Positions 23,455 through 36,135 of a DNA stretch of 64,000 bases are shown here, piece by piece. The stretch's first letter is position 1. The number at the start of each line of letters is the position of its first letter. The notes beneath the pieces were generated by a model. It saw nothing but the letters and a program-made list of their open reading frames with translations, ran no database searches and was not told the DNA's origin. Both the position numbers and the translations under genes were made by a program. Location: positions 28,396,001 through 28,460,000 of the forward strand of contig NC_092674.1 in assembly GCF_964355755.1 (NCBI RefSeq). The letters run 5' to 3'. This DNA comes from Antedon mediterranea. Taxonomy: Eukaryota > Animalia > Echinodermata.

Positions 23455-25829
23455 ATGAATAACGAACTTACAATTGACAACTTGACCACTAATGACCCGC
23501 CATACGAAGTCTTCACACCATTCTCGTTGGCCGATTACACTACAGACTATCCACCAACCGACGCGCCACGAGCAGTGCCCATGCCAACCGTTTATTCCGC
23601 GCCTCTAATCACACTGTACAGTATAACCTTCCTCTTAGCTGTCGTTGGCAACATCTTAGTCATGGTAACCATCGTGCAAAACAAGAGGATGCGTACTGTT
23701 ACCAACGTGTTCCTCTTTAGCTTATCTGTCAGTGATCTCTGTGTCGCTCTGCTCTGTATGCCGTTCACTTTGGTTGGAAATGTTTTACGAAACTTCATTT
23801 TTCCGTATTCACTTTGTAAAGTTATCCTGTATTTTCAAGGTAAGAAACGTGAATATTGGTCATTTCACTTCGCCTAGCAAACTTCGGAGTTTACACACAT
23901 TTTCCATCCGTTAAGTACGGTAGATATTGTGTATTATTATGTGGGAGGTAAGGGCGATACATTATGGTCTGTGAATACACATACCACGCTTGTATGTATA
24001 CATCATGGACCTGATAATATTAAAGGAATTCAATACATCCAGACATGTAGGCCTACGGTATCTAGATGACTTGCGATAGTCTGTTAAACGTTATCTAGTG
24101 ACAGCTGCAGAATCGGGAGTTGTCTAAAATGACCTTTTACGCACGCTCTCAAATACGACATGCGTATTGTGTTGGGGTGTAGGGGAGGTGCAAACAATTA
24201 TCTATGGTAGTTAACATCAATGTTTATTCATTGAAGGTATCAGTGTAAATATATCAACTTGGACGATGGTAGCAATATCAGTGGAGAGGTACTTTGCCAT
24301 CTGTATGCCACTTAAATCACGCTCTTGGCAGACTAAGCGGCATGCTTACATTATTATACCCAGCATTTGGATCTCGGCTTTCCTTATATTTACACCAACT
24401 GCTAAGTTTACGGACGTTATAGAGACGAAGGCTTTCAAGATATGCCAAGAAGTGTGGCCGAGTGAACAATTTATGAAAGTATACCTGGTAAATGTTACTC
24501 TTTTTTGTTGTTGTGAAAATTCACTCTTTTGAAGAGTATGCATTAAATGATCACTCTTTAAAGAGTGAAAGTCACTTTATAAGAGTGAAATTTTAAATTT
24601 TAAGCACTCTAGAAAGAGTGAACTGTTAAATTGAAAACATTTCACTCTAAACAACAGTGACATTTTAACTCGTTTAATCAAGAGTACGTTTGCTTTGTAG
24701 CTTACTACAATAAAAAACTATTTACATTTGTTTCAGTAACACTGCTGATTGAGAACTTCCTTGGACTAAAAGTTGGAATAATTGTTAATACTTTTTAAAT
24801 TCTTTTCACAGACCAGTTTGTTGTTGATTTTGATGGTCATTCCTTTTTTTGTAATGGTACTTGCGTATGGATTGATTATTGTAGAACTTGAAAAGGGAAT
24901 GAGCCAGATTAAAAGAGCAACTATAAAAGGTAAATACATCAAGAATAGTGGGATTTCGAACTTACGACCCAGGAATTATAGTTACACACATGACAGAACA
25001 CTGGGATATGCTTCCACACTAATCAGTTTTGGCGGATTACTGTAGGTTCAGGCGATGACCAACGAAACATTCGTAGGTCATAGGTCGTCACATATCGAAC
25101 GCTTCCTCTTTTTTTTTTAATCTTCATTACCGTAAACAATAATTCAATTCAATTCAACTTTTATTTCAGACAATTGTCCATATGGTATAATACATTACAC
25201 AAAAAAAAAAGATGAAGGAGAGAGGACCAAAACTGTTATCTATTGGTATATAATGCCTCTCTCCATTTGTAGTACATGTTTGAATCAACATTTACGTTTG
25301 TAATGAAGAATTTGTATATTAATAAATTATATGCGTTTAACTTTCAGAGAAAGAAAATATTGGTACGAAAATGACAACATTTAAATCAACGCCCACAAAA
25401 GAACCGAAAGAGAGTAAACCAAAGGCTTGTGCCCCGCGCAACACATCGTCGAATGCTGCAAAGAAACGAGTAGTGTTTATGTTAATAATCATCGTAGCTT
25501 TGTTCTTCGTCTGTTGGACGCCATCTTGGGTGATAAATATCTGGTACATCCATCATCCTGCGTCCGCAACAAAAAGACTTGACCCTCTTTTCATTTCTGT
25601 GATGCGCCTGCTGACGTACGTTTCCTCCTGTACTAATCCGATTGTCTACTGCTTCTTAAACAAGGGTTTCCGACAAGGATTTCTGGAGGGCTTCGGTTTT
25701 TGTATTGGTCGTAACTATAGAAATAATCCATCTACGCGGAATATGATTATCAAAAGTAATACAGCGAATACGAATAAACAAGCGCCGACGTCTGGATTTA
25801 CAAACGTTTCATCGGAATCGGATTCATAA
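23455..25829 (+). CDS. CCKAR: Cholecystokinin/gastrin/sulfakinin-type receptor (class A GPCR), 411 aa; exons 23455-23839, 24237-24487, 24812-24929, 25348-25829
   Basis: NKRMRTVTNVFLFSLSVSDL..MPFTLVGNVLRNFIF..CK, VAISVERYFAICMPLKSRSWQTKRHA, AKKRVVFMLIIIVALFFVCWTP and LLTYVSSCTNPIVYCF are hallmark CCKAR/CCKBR segments. Phases 1,0,1 give an open 1236-nt CDS. The symbol means CCKAR/CCKBR pro-orthologue. Confidence 0.92.
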
Positions 25830-27465
25830 AACGGAGGAAAATATAATGAAGATAGAATGACGTCTTCATGACAAGAATCGAATTTGAAGTAGCCGACAAT
25901 AGACGCGGTGATAGTGTACGTTTGACATTGCAACGCGTGTAGGACATGGATGACGGGAATCTATTATAAGACAGACAGACAGACCGACAGACCGACAAGC
26001 TTGTTGTAATGTCAGCCTTTTGTGCTCACATATCCCAATTCCAAAACTTAAGCTGCGGCCAGTACGGTTTTCAATAATATACAAAGCTAAATAAACTTGT
26101 TTGTGATGCATTGTAAAAATTGTGGACGGGTGGTGACGCGTTTATATCGGTGTGTGACGAAAATTATACCATTTGGAAGCAACGACGTCTCAACGCAAGT
26201 GAGTTGACCAATCACATGCGACTGTTCGGATGATCCATCGCGTTGTGATTGGTCAAATTAGTTCCGGTGCGCTTACGTCATTGCATTGCGTCTAACAAAG
26301 CTATAAATCTCTACTACATTTGTCAAAACTAAACATTTTTAAAATTTACAAGATAAAAATTTATAACTGAAATATTTGAAATATAGTACTGTATTTGGAG
26401 ATTACAGAATTAAGTTTGAATGTATATATTATGCCTATTATTTACGTGTACTGAATAATGTGAGGAACTCGATCCCCATTATATCAGTATCGGTACAGTA
26501 TCAAACAATCTGTAACACGTGATACCTGTATCAAAGTTATTGCCTATGATACAGACGGCACATAGACATACAGAATTTGTCTATGATCCTCCTGGAAAAA
26601 GTATAGATACAGTATCGGCTAAATTATGCTAAGTGCATATTTTAAGTATGTTTTAAAAGAATGCAAAATAATACAATACTGTATTATGGAAAATATTATT
26701 ATTTATATAACTGTATATATTATATTAAGAAACAATTTAATCGACAAATATGACTGGACAATATCATTGCCAATAATGCAAAATACAATAAATTACATGC
26801 GTTTGTGTCGAGTGCAGCACTATGAAGAGCGGCACCAACGAATATGAAGCATAATTTATTATCGTATGCGCTTGTTGAGATAGCTTTCGCGACTACGCAA
26901 AATGTTCGGTTGTTAGTCGCGCGGCCTTATCGCGAATATGCACAGGTAGCTTGATTACACTGCGCGTAAAGCGTAAGTCAATGGGAATTGATATATGAAA
27001 GACCGACAATCGACGGACTAAACATAAATGGTTATTACACCGAGTCTAAAGCTTGGTTTTGACGCATTCAACGCAAGTAATTTGACCAATCAAGCCGCGA
27101 AATTCCCGGGCTGTCGCTTGTGATTGGTCAATTCACTTACGTTGCGCCTACGCCGTTTCGTTACGTCCAATGAAAACCAAGCTTTAAACGAAATTCAGGG
27201 TGATTCAACATGATAATATTTCAATTTGAATTGCCTCATTTTACTGTAAGTGCTGCAGTCGCGTAACCAACACTTAAATGCCGCGCTACACTTGTTCATT
27301 ACATACAGAACGTGCAAAATGCACGTATTATTACCTGATAAAGTGTAATTGAACAACGAATTAACCTACAACTAGTCACAATGCTCCAATTCGGCTTACT
27401 AAAGGCTGCGACTTGTTCGATAATTACAGTGCTCCAATTTGGCTACCTTAAACCTAATTCCATTA

Positions 27466-27597
27466 AGCTCTGTCTACACTATCAAACTTTATGTGACAAA
27501 AAACATTTGATGTGGCCATATATGAAAATGATGTCATATCACTACCATATTTGGGCACATCACACCTTTTTTATAGGTTGATAGTGTAGACAGAGCT
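27466..27597. mobile_element. MITE family B, intact 132-bp copy
   Basis: TTA-AGCTCTGTCTACACTATCAA...TTGATAGTGTAGACAGAGCT-TTA; a 3-bp TWA TSD suggests PIF/Harbinger. Confidence 0.85.
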
Positions 27598-28306
27598 TTA
27601 GGCGAACATTATTGAAGAAGTTGACTAATGGGCATGCGTATTAATATTTTCATCTACCTTTTTTGTGATGTGAAAAATTGCACAGCCAATCAGAACTAAA
27701 AAATGCTCGACTCGCGCGAATATATCTGGAAGACGGGATTTATAAAAGCCGTGACTTTTTAGGTGTACAGCAGTTATTTTACACCATTTTGTATATAGTT
27801 AAATAAATGCTTAGGTTTGGTTCTTCCTAGACAAAGGTCTATATACATGGCAAATTAGCTGTGCTCGGTGCAAACACGTATAATAAGGTATAGTAAGAAC
27901 CAAACCCGATACATACAAATCTTTTACTTAAATAATATATTTAATCTAGTAGTATAGCGGATTTTGTTATAAATATTAAAATACAATATTCTTATATAAA
28001 TATAAACCGAGAAATGGTATCTATGTTGAATACGAATAAAACAAGTTTGTTTTTATGAATAACGATTGTTCTAGTTTAATTATCAGGCATTGTTCTTCAG
28101 GATTTGCCCACGCAAACTATTTTTTTTAATGGGCTACCTTATCGGAAACATTGTGCAGAAATGAACTGGTGAATGTATAACCAATTCAAAAATCACAGAT
28201 GAGGCGCAACGTTTTAAAAAGCCATGACATCGGTGTTTTAACATACAGCTCTTAAAATGAATTACCGGTACATCACTTTAGACAACAGTACAATAATAGC
28301 TATTTA

Positions 28307-29489
28307 AGCGTGGTTCCCACTAGAACGCAACGCAGCGACGTATCGACGCAAAGTGCTGTATTGCGTAATCACAAGTGGGAACCGACGACGCAACAGTACT
28401 GCAAACATCGGAGGTTTTATTTCAAGCTGGCGGGGACAAACACAATTATTGGAAGGGCATTTTCCTACGTTGCGTAGCCAGTGGGAACCACGCTTAAATC
28501 TTGGTTCCCACTAGAACGTAACGCAAGGACGTAAACGCAACGCAAGCGTTTTAACCAATGACAAGCGAAGTTATAGACAGTTAGTAATCACAAGCGAATA
28601 AGCCATCGCTTGTGATTGGTCAATTCACTTGCGTTGCGTTACGTCCTTGCGTTGCATCGCTAGTGGGAACCACGCTTTAAGCGTGGTTCCCACTCGAACG
28701 CAACGCAACGACGTTTGACGCAAAGTGATGTATTGCGTAATCGCAAGTGGGAACCGACGACGCAACACAGTGCTGTAAAAATCGCAGGTTTGATTTCACG
28801 CAGGCGGGGGCAAACACAATGATTGGAAGGGCATTTTCTTACGTTGCGTAGATTGCGTTACGTTGCGTCGCTAGTGAGAACCAAGCTTTAGGGAACACCT
28901 TCGAGATCCAACAAAGTGTCCCTTTAATAGGGGTGTACCCTTAAGCTTGGTTCCCACTAGAACGTAACGCAAGGACGTAAACGCAACGCAAGCGTTTTAA
29001 CCAATGAAAAGCGAAGTTATAGACAGTAGAGGCCGGTGCACACCGAACGCGAAGCCGCGAATTTCGCGTTAAAAAGTGACGCACGCGGCAGGCGACGGAC
29101 GCTTCCAGTGTGAACATACAAGCGAACAGTGTACGATAGTCGAATTTCAACTTCAACGCGTTGAAAACGACAGCAGCGAAGGCTTCGCACGCGAATTTTC
29201 AAAAGTTGAACCTTGGTCAACTTTTTGAGGCGTCGCGAGCGCGGTTCGCGTTCGTCAACCAATCAGAAGTCAGGAATAAAGCTTGGTTTTCAATAGCGAC
29301 GCAACAACCTACGCAGCATAAGAAAATGCCCTTCCAGTAATTGTGTTTGCCCCCGCCTGCGTGAAATAAAACATGTGATTTTTGCAGCACTGTTGCGTTG
29401 TCGGTTCCCACTTGTGATTACGCAATACATCCCTTTGCATCGATACGTCACTGCGTTACGTTGCGTAGAGTTTAAGTGGGAACCACGCT
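28307..29489. mobile_element. Cluster of family A MITEs (28307-28494, 28498-28676, 28680-28887, partial 28944-29028, 29280-29489) plus a fragment of another Harbinger-type element (29030-29270)
   Basis: Repeated AGC(T/G)TGGTTCCCACT...AGTGGGAACCA(A/C)GCT ends separated by single TAA/TTA triplets; AGGCCGGTGCACACC terminus at 29030. Confidence 0.85.
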
Positions 29490-30464
29490 TAATGGGGGTG
29501 TACCCTGCATATGGGTCGGCCGTATATTTGGGCATATTTATTTCCTTTAGTAGGTGTTTCCAAAGTGGTGGGGGGGGGGGGGGGGGGTTATTACCCACCA
29601 AATTTCTTCCCCTACAATGTCGTGCAGTATAAAAGCAATCTGAATATCGAAACTCGTCTCTACACGCGCGCTCTAACCAGTGTATTATTTTCCCTTAATT
29701 TTACCTAAATTGTGATCGCTCTTTGTATCATCTTTAGTCCTTGATAATAGATAAAAGCATAACTTATGATTTATGAATATTAACTGTGATAATTTTAGAT
29801 TACCAATTACGTATACGTATATTAAATTAATATGAAATACGACACCAATAACTGCAAAGGTATTTCGGACAAAAATTATCTCCCAAGGCTAAAAGCAATT
29901 TTAATCCGCTATCACTAACATCTAGGGCTAGAAAGTTTAGACCTACATTTACATCTAGGGCTAGAAACTTTAGGCCTATATTGGGAATTAGGGCGTTGAA
30001 CCTTGTGATAGATATACACAACTGTTATAGCCTGTCGTCGACAATTACTACCGTTAATATTTATAACGTAACGAGCCATGACAGTACATATGCGAGTTTC
30101 AATAATAAAGTACAGTTACTTATAAATGAATATACTCGTTATTTTGTTACCGTATCCTTTTGTACAACAATGGATTGACACCTGACTGCAGACTGACAGA
30201 ACACATTAAATTGGATGCCAATGGTTTAGAACTAAGTTAAGCACATGCTTATCATACGGGTCGTATTGATTGACTGTACTATAGACACTTGGATGAAAGT
30301 GATACTTTTCACGTGGATCCTGTCGAAGATATCAAGATTCGATCCGAATGTATAGGCATACGAAGCTTCTTACTACATTTTCTTTATACATCTATCTGTA
30401 GGCCTACCGTTCTCGTGCCCAACCACTCAATTTTCTTCCGATCGCCGCAATAAATCATCTATAA

Positions 30465-30966
30465 AGCTTGGTTCGACTAGCGACGCAACGTAACGCAATC
30501 TACACAACGTAAGAAAATGCTCTTCTAATAATTATGTTTGCCCCGCCTGCGTAAAATCAAACCTGCGATGTTTGCAACACTATTGCATCGTCGGTTCCCA
30601 CGATTACGCAATACAGCACTTTGCGTCAATACGTCGCTGAGGTACGTTCTAGTGGGAACCACGCTTAAGCATGACGATTGCTGCTATGTAGGTCTACGTA
30701 ACAAATCAATAATATTAATCGAGACTTTGCCAAACATATCATAAGTTTGCGGCGCGCAGTGCAACGTTCCCACTAGCGACGCAACCTACGCAACGTAAGA
30801 AAATGCCCTTCCCATAATTGTGTTCCCCCCCCCCCCCCCCCGCCTGCGTGAAAGCAAACCTGCTATGTTTGCAGCATTGTTGTGTCGTCGGTTCCCACTT
30901 GTGATTACGCAATACAGCACTTTGCGTCGATACGTCGTTGCGTTGCGTTCTACTGGAAACCACGCT
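30465..30966. mobile_element. Two family A (long subtype) MITE copies, 30465-30665 and ~30766-30966
   Basis: Internal sequence shared with the copies at 28680 and 61923. Confidence 0.8.
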
Positions 30967-31450
30967 TTAATGATATGATATCCGAGTCTAAAGGTCACTG
31001 ATATTCTACAACATTATTAAACAGCAATTACACACACAATACTCAGTTCAAGATGGTTAAATTCGGGGGCTAAATTAACTGGAATTAAAGTTGATACGTG
31101 CTGAACCTACAGTCTTTCTTAACTTAATTTATTTTTCAATTACGAATGAAATAAAGGCCAGAATTGAACATATTCATATCTTCAGTATAGTACACTTAAT
31201 ACCGGCTGTTAGTGTTAGTTACCTTATAATTGCTAGTGGGTTGGCCAATCACAAGCGATAGTTCGGATGCACTCAAGCAACGCAAGCACGTACGCACGCA
31301 CAACGCATGTATTGTGACCAATCACAAACGATAGTTCGTATCTGTTGCTTGTGATAATGTTTTCTGTAGTTTTACGTCTTTGCGTTGTATCCTAGAGTGG
31401 GAACCAAGATTTAGCCAATTTCAAACTGTAAGTATGTTCGTGGGGGATGT

Positions 31451-31915
31451 TCATTTCATTTCATTCATTTATTTCGATTTACAAATATATAAATATAAAG
31501 TGGAGGAGCCTAAAAGAAAGCAAAGCTTGTGGTAAATAGGCTCCTCAAAACAAAACAAATAAAATATATATAATAAAACACAATTAGAAACTCCAAAAAA
31601 CAACAATCCAACTAATATTTTTTCTCTAACACATAAGTTAAACATGTTTAAAACTAAAAAACAAGTAAAAAATAGATTATATAAATTATTTTAAAAATAT
31701 CCAAATATGTCAATAAAAAACAAATTTACAAAGAACCTTCAACCAATAATAGTTTAAATTGACGTTTAAATAAAGCACAGTAATGAGATTTTTTAAGAGA
31801 TAAAGGGAGAGAATTCCAGAGTTTAGGTCCAATGTATACAAGGGTTTTCATTTTAAGACTAGTTCGAGTAAGTGGCAGGTGATACTGATCTTTTTCTTTT
31901 ACAGAGAGAGCCAAG
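31451..31915 (-). mobile_element. 5'-truncated CR1/L2-clade LINE 3' end
   Basis: ORF2-type C-terminus LPLTRTSLKMKTLVYIGPKLWNSLPLSLKKSHYCALFKRQFK, 3' UTR stem-loop (GAGGAGCCTA...TAGGCTCCTC), AATAAA and (AATGA)n tail. Confidence 0.75.
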
Positions 31916-32254
31916 AAGGGGCGTGTATTATGGGGTCTAAGTGAATGGTGATGTTATGAGGGTTGTTCACTTATACATACAAGTTAATGATGCATGTAAA
32001 TGATGAAAATTAATAGGATAATGATAATAATAGTGATTATGGTGATAATTTACAATGATTAGGATTACGGGATGATTTTGACGATTGTTGATAAAATATA
32101 GAAAAAAATACCGTTACTAAAGTTACTAGTTTCATTTCATTTAATAACAAAAACAATTTCAACAATTAAACTTCATACAAAAAACTTGATCCCTATGGTG
32201 CGCCACAATCGACAAAATACTTGTTTTGGATTCCAAAATTCACGTAAATCGACA

Positions 32255-34464
32255 TTACATCTCCCATGTAAACTTTTCTCTTCCTAGAAATATAAAAATG
32301 TATCTGTCATGAATCACTCTCAATTAACTGAATCGATAATCAGTCTGTTCACAGTTCACACTAGGCCTAGTCAAACGTTCCGCAATCGTGCCATCTTATC
32401 GGCAGGCAGTATGAACATTTTAAACATTGTAGGCCTTAATCAACATAAAGACGCCTACGATTTAATCCCACATCTTACCTATTTCTTTTAGGAAGGATGA
32501 CACTTCTCGGTGGTTGTTCCGTTTGGCTGCCTCGTAAGGGGTTTTCCCTTTATCAGAAAGAGCTTGGAGATCCGCGCCGTTTTCTACGAGCCACTTAACA
32601 GTCTCTGTGTAAACATAATTACAGAAAGGAATACGTTTAAGTAATGTAAATACTAAATCTCTGTCTACACTATTAAACTAGTTTGACAAAAGTGTGATGT
32701 GCCCAAATATGGTAGTGATATGCTAATGATATCATCATGTCCATATATGGGCACATCACATGGTTTTGTTACTTAAAGTTTGATAGTGTAGACAGAGCTT
32801 TAAACAATGTTTCACACTTTTGCTCAAACTCGATTTCAATAACAATATAAAAGATAGAGTACAATAAAAAGGTTATAAGCCTACAAGCAATGCACTAGAA
32901 ATGTGAGTTTAAATTGTATAAAACGCCTATCAAATTAACGGGTCAAAAGCAGAAAAAAACATTAATACAAAGGTAATTTCTTTATACGTATAACATCGTT
33001 AATAGAATGTGATAAATATAATTTTTGATTCAATACAAATTTAACCCAAAGACTTGCCCCAAATCACTGTCTGTATTTATTGTTGTTTTATGTTTTTATC
33101 CACTAGGTAATCGGCGTTTCGATTGTTGTCTGAAAATACGAGCTCATGTATTATAGGTATAGAACGCCATATGTGCCAAATATTTATCTATTTTACTAAT
33201 TTCAATCTAGTCTAATTTAACCCAACCGTTGGATACAATGTACCGTATATGTTAAGCCAAATACCCAAACTTACGAATGTGGCCATTGCTTGCAGCTGCA
33301 TGTGTTGGGGTGAACCCTGTGACGTCTTTAATGTGGATGTTGCCACCACACTCTATCAGGTATTGCAACACTTCCAAATTCCCGTTTGCTGCAGCTTTGT
33401 GAAGTGCAGTCTTTCCGTATTTGTCTGCTGCATTAACATTCTGAAAATTAAAGCCCTTGCGTGTAATATTAATTTAAAGAATGGCCGAGCAATAAGAGGC
33501 GGAGGCAGGCAACGACGTAACGCAACGCAATTTATTTCACCAATCACAAGCGGTGTATTATACAAACTGTCGCTTGTCATTGGTCAACTCGCTTGTTGCG
33601 CTTACGTCCTTGCGTTGCATCCTAATGGGAACCAAGCTTAATTCACCCCTTCCCTGCTTACCTGGCCTTCTTTAATCGCATCCTTCACATACTGTAACGT
33701 ACCTATAAATGCTAATAAAGAATATATATACTTTAAGTGATCACATACTGAAAACTTGTAATGATGATAATAATCTACGTCATAGGCCTAACATAAAAAT
33801 TTTAGAAATAAACACAATTTTCAAACTCGTGAAGTTTAATATAACCAGCAGTGAAAATAAAGCTTGGTTACAAAAAAGACGCAATGCAAGGACGTAAGCG
33901 CAACGCAAGTGAGATGACCAATCACAAGCGACGGTTCAGTTGATCCATCGCGTCGTGATTGGTCAAATTACTTGCGCGGCGTGTTGTTGCGTCCGACTTA
34001 TTTTCGACACTCGTCTACTATGTGAAAAATCAAAGTAGCGATACGGCTATTATTTTAAAGTTGAAATGAAATGTCACATATAACAGTAAATAAAACACGT
34101 AATATCCGAACAGTGAAATAATGATAGGATTTGACATCTTGATGTAGAAGTGTCACGTTGTTTATGTAAAGCCTAATTGACTATCGATTACCACTCTACA
34201 GTAATCTGTGTTTGAAATGTCACGTTGCTGTTAGGTAACATTATTATGCTATTTAACTATTGTACACGAATTGACATTAAAACTATATCTAAAGCTATAT
34301 ACAGGCCGCTAGTTGAATGCAAGAATGGGGGAGGGAATTGATGGATTGGGGGAGGGAATTGATGGATTGGACGAGATCAAAAGGTGGAAAGTGATAAGGA
34401 AGGCATTAAGGGAAAGAATCAAGGCGCATCTAAAACTCCACTCACCTCCTTCGTGAAGATCCAT
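32255..34464 (-). CDS. Small ankyrin-repeat-only protein, 126 aa; exons 34446-34464, 33662-33702, 33275-33440, 32479-32604, 32255-32283; non-coding exon ending at 35113
   Basis: Spliced product MDLHEGGTLQYVKDAIKEGQNVNAADKYGKTALHKAAANGNLEVLQYLIECGGNIHIKDVTGFTPTHAAASNGHIQTVKWLVENGADLQALSDKGKTPYEAAKRNNHREVSSFLKEIGREKFTWEM*. Canonical GxT(P/A)LHxAAxxG ankyrin motifs; all GT-AG; phases 1,0,1,1. Not represented in the ORF track. Confidence 0.85.
32657..32799. mobile_element. MITE family B copy in an ankyrin gene intron
   Basis: Family B TIRs at both ends. Confidence 0.8.
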
Positions 34465-35379
34465 GCTTGCTAAAAGACCTAAGTAAAAAGAAATGGACGA
34501 TACACAATATATAGTAATACATAGTACAGATGAAACTGTTGATTAAAATACCGCCAAACGGGGTTATTACATCGGAAATAACAACCAATATCAGCACACT
34601 AATTCAATCAGCATCCAACAATAATAACTATAGCCTTCTAAATAAAAAATCAGAGTTTGAAAGGTAGAGACAATTATTAAATCTCTTTCTTTTTCTCTCC
34701 TTTTAATATGTTAAACAGCCTTTCTAAAATACGTTACACATTAAAATAATGAATTTATTAAGCAAAAACCTATTGTCAACCTTAACAACAGTAATGAACG
34801 TCATACGATAATAATAATAATAATAGAATAAATCATATTCTAATAAATAAGTGAATTAATATCTCTAAGCTAGCTACGTCCACACTAAGTCCGGATTCCG
34901 ATAAGCTCAGATTCCGGATAAAATTGAAAAATTGTGATCAAAAATCGTAAGAGTTTTCTCTGACCACCGGACTGACCCCAGGGTCAGTATTAGTTAAATA
35001 GGCCTCCTATCATCAATGAACAAAGTACGACAGAATCATAGACTATATTAGTATATACTATATAAATCGGAAATAACCATTTATTGAACGTAATAAATTA
35101 AAATTGTCTTACCAGAGAAACCGAGAGACTTTAATACCACTCGGAGATGCTGATTGTATTTCTTCGGAACGTACAGTATTAATAATTAAATGTTGCTTAG
35201 CAACAGAGGACAGACCATTATAAATATTCACGTTATAATCTGAAAATTGACTACCACCTATAGATTGTGCATCATAATGTAATATAAAGCGACGAATCTA
35301 ATATAGATTGAGTTATTATTATAATTGTATTGTGGTGATGACGATGTAGGCCTACGTATACATTGTACAGTATTTCTAA

Positions 35380-35933
35380 AGCTTGGTTCCCACTAGAACG
35401 TAATGCAAGGACGTAAACGCAACGCAACCGTTTTAACCAATGACAAGCGAAGTTATAGACCGTTAGCAATCACAAGCGAATAAGCCATCGCTTGTGATTG
35501 GTCAATTCACTTGCGTTGCGTTACGTCCTTGCGTTGCGTCGCTAGTGGGAACCACGCTTTAAGCTTGGTTTTCACTTGAGACGCAAAGTAACGCAATCTA
35601 CGCAACGTAAGAAAATGCCATTGCAATCATTGTGTTTGCCCCCACCTGCGTTAAATGAAACCTGCGATTTTTACAGCAATGGTGCGCCGTCGGTTCCCAC
35701 TTGCGATTACGCAATACATCACTTTGCGTCGATACGTTGCTGCGTTGCGTTGCGTTCTAGTGGGAACTACGCTTTATGCTTGGTTCCCACTAGAGACGCA
35801 ACGCAACACAAGGACGTAGCGTAACGCAATTTATTTGGCCAATCACAAGCGATGAATTATTCGTCGCTTGTCATTGGTCAACACGCTTGCATTGCGTTTA
35901 CGTCATTCCGTTTCGTCCTAGTGGGAACCAGCT
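35380..35933. mobile_element. Three abutting family A MITEs of three subtypes (35380-35558, 35562-35773, 35777-35933)
   Basis: Each is separated from the next by exactly TTA. Confidence 0.85.
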
Positions 35934-36106
35934 TTAAGCGCAACGTAAGTATGACCAATCAAAGCGCGATGAATCATTATCCATCGCGCTGTAATTGGTC
36001 AGATCTTGCGCCGCACGTCCTTACGTTGCTTCCTAGTTTAACCTAAACTGAAGTAACATTTGATATTTTCGAAAGTAGGCCTAAAATTTACTCATTACTA
36101 CTTGAC

Positions 36107-36135
36107 CAGAGAGATGTATATTTTACATCTCTATG
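36107..36135. mobile_element. 29-bp P-like palindromic footprint, decayed TSD
   Basis: ACTTGAC-CAGAGAGATGTA(TATTT)TACATCTCTATG-ACCGGAC; the flanks match at 5 of 7 positions. Confidence 0.45.

Noticed and set aside
26561-26585. CATAGACA...TGTCTATG mini-palindrome as another P footprint
   Set aside because: No flanking direct repeat detectable
28941-30998. Many 60-100-aa ORFs (also 18855, 35576, 52316, 61884-62188, 63699)
   Set aside because: All are translations of the non-coding family A MITE; no transposase motifs
33249-33641. ORFs 33249-33641(+) and 33356-33580(-)
   Set aside because: Antisense or wrong-frame readings over the real ankyrin exon and a MITE
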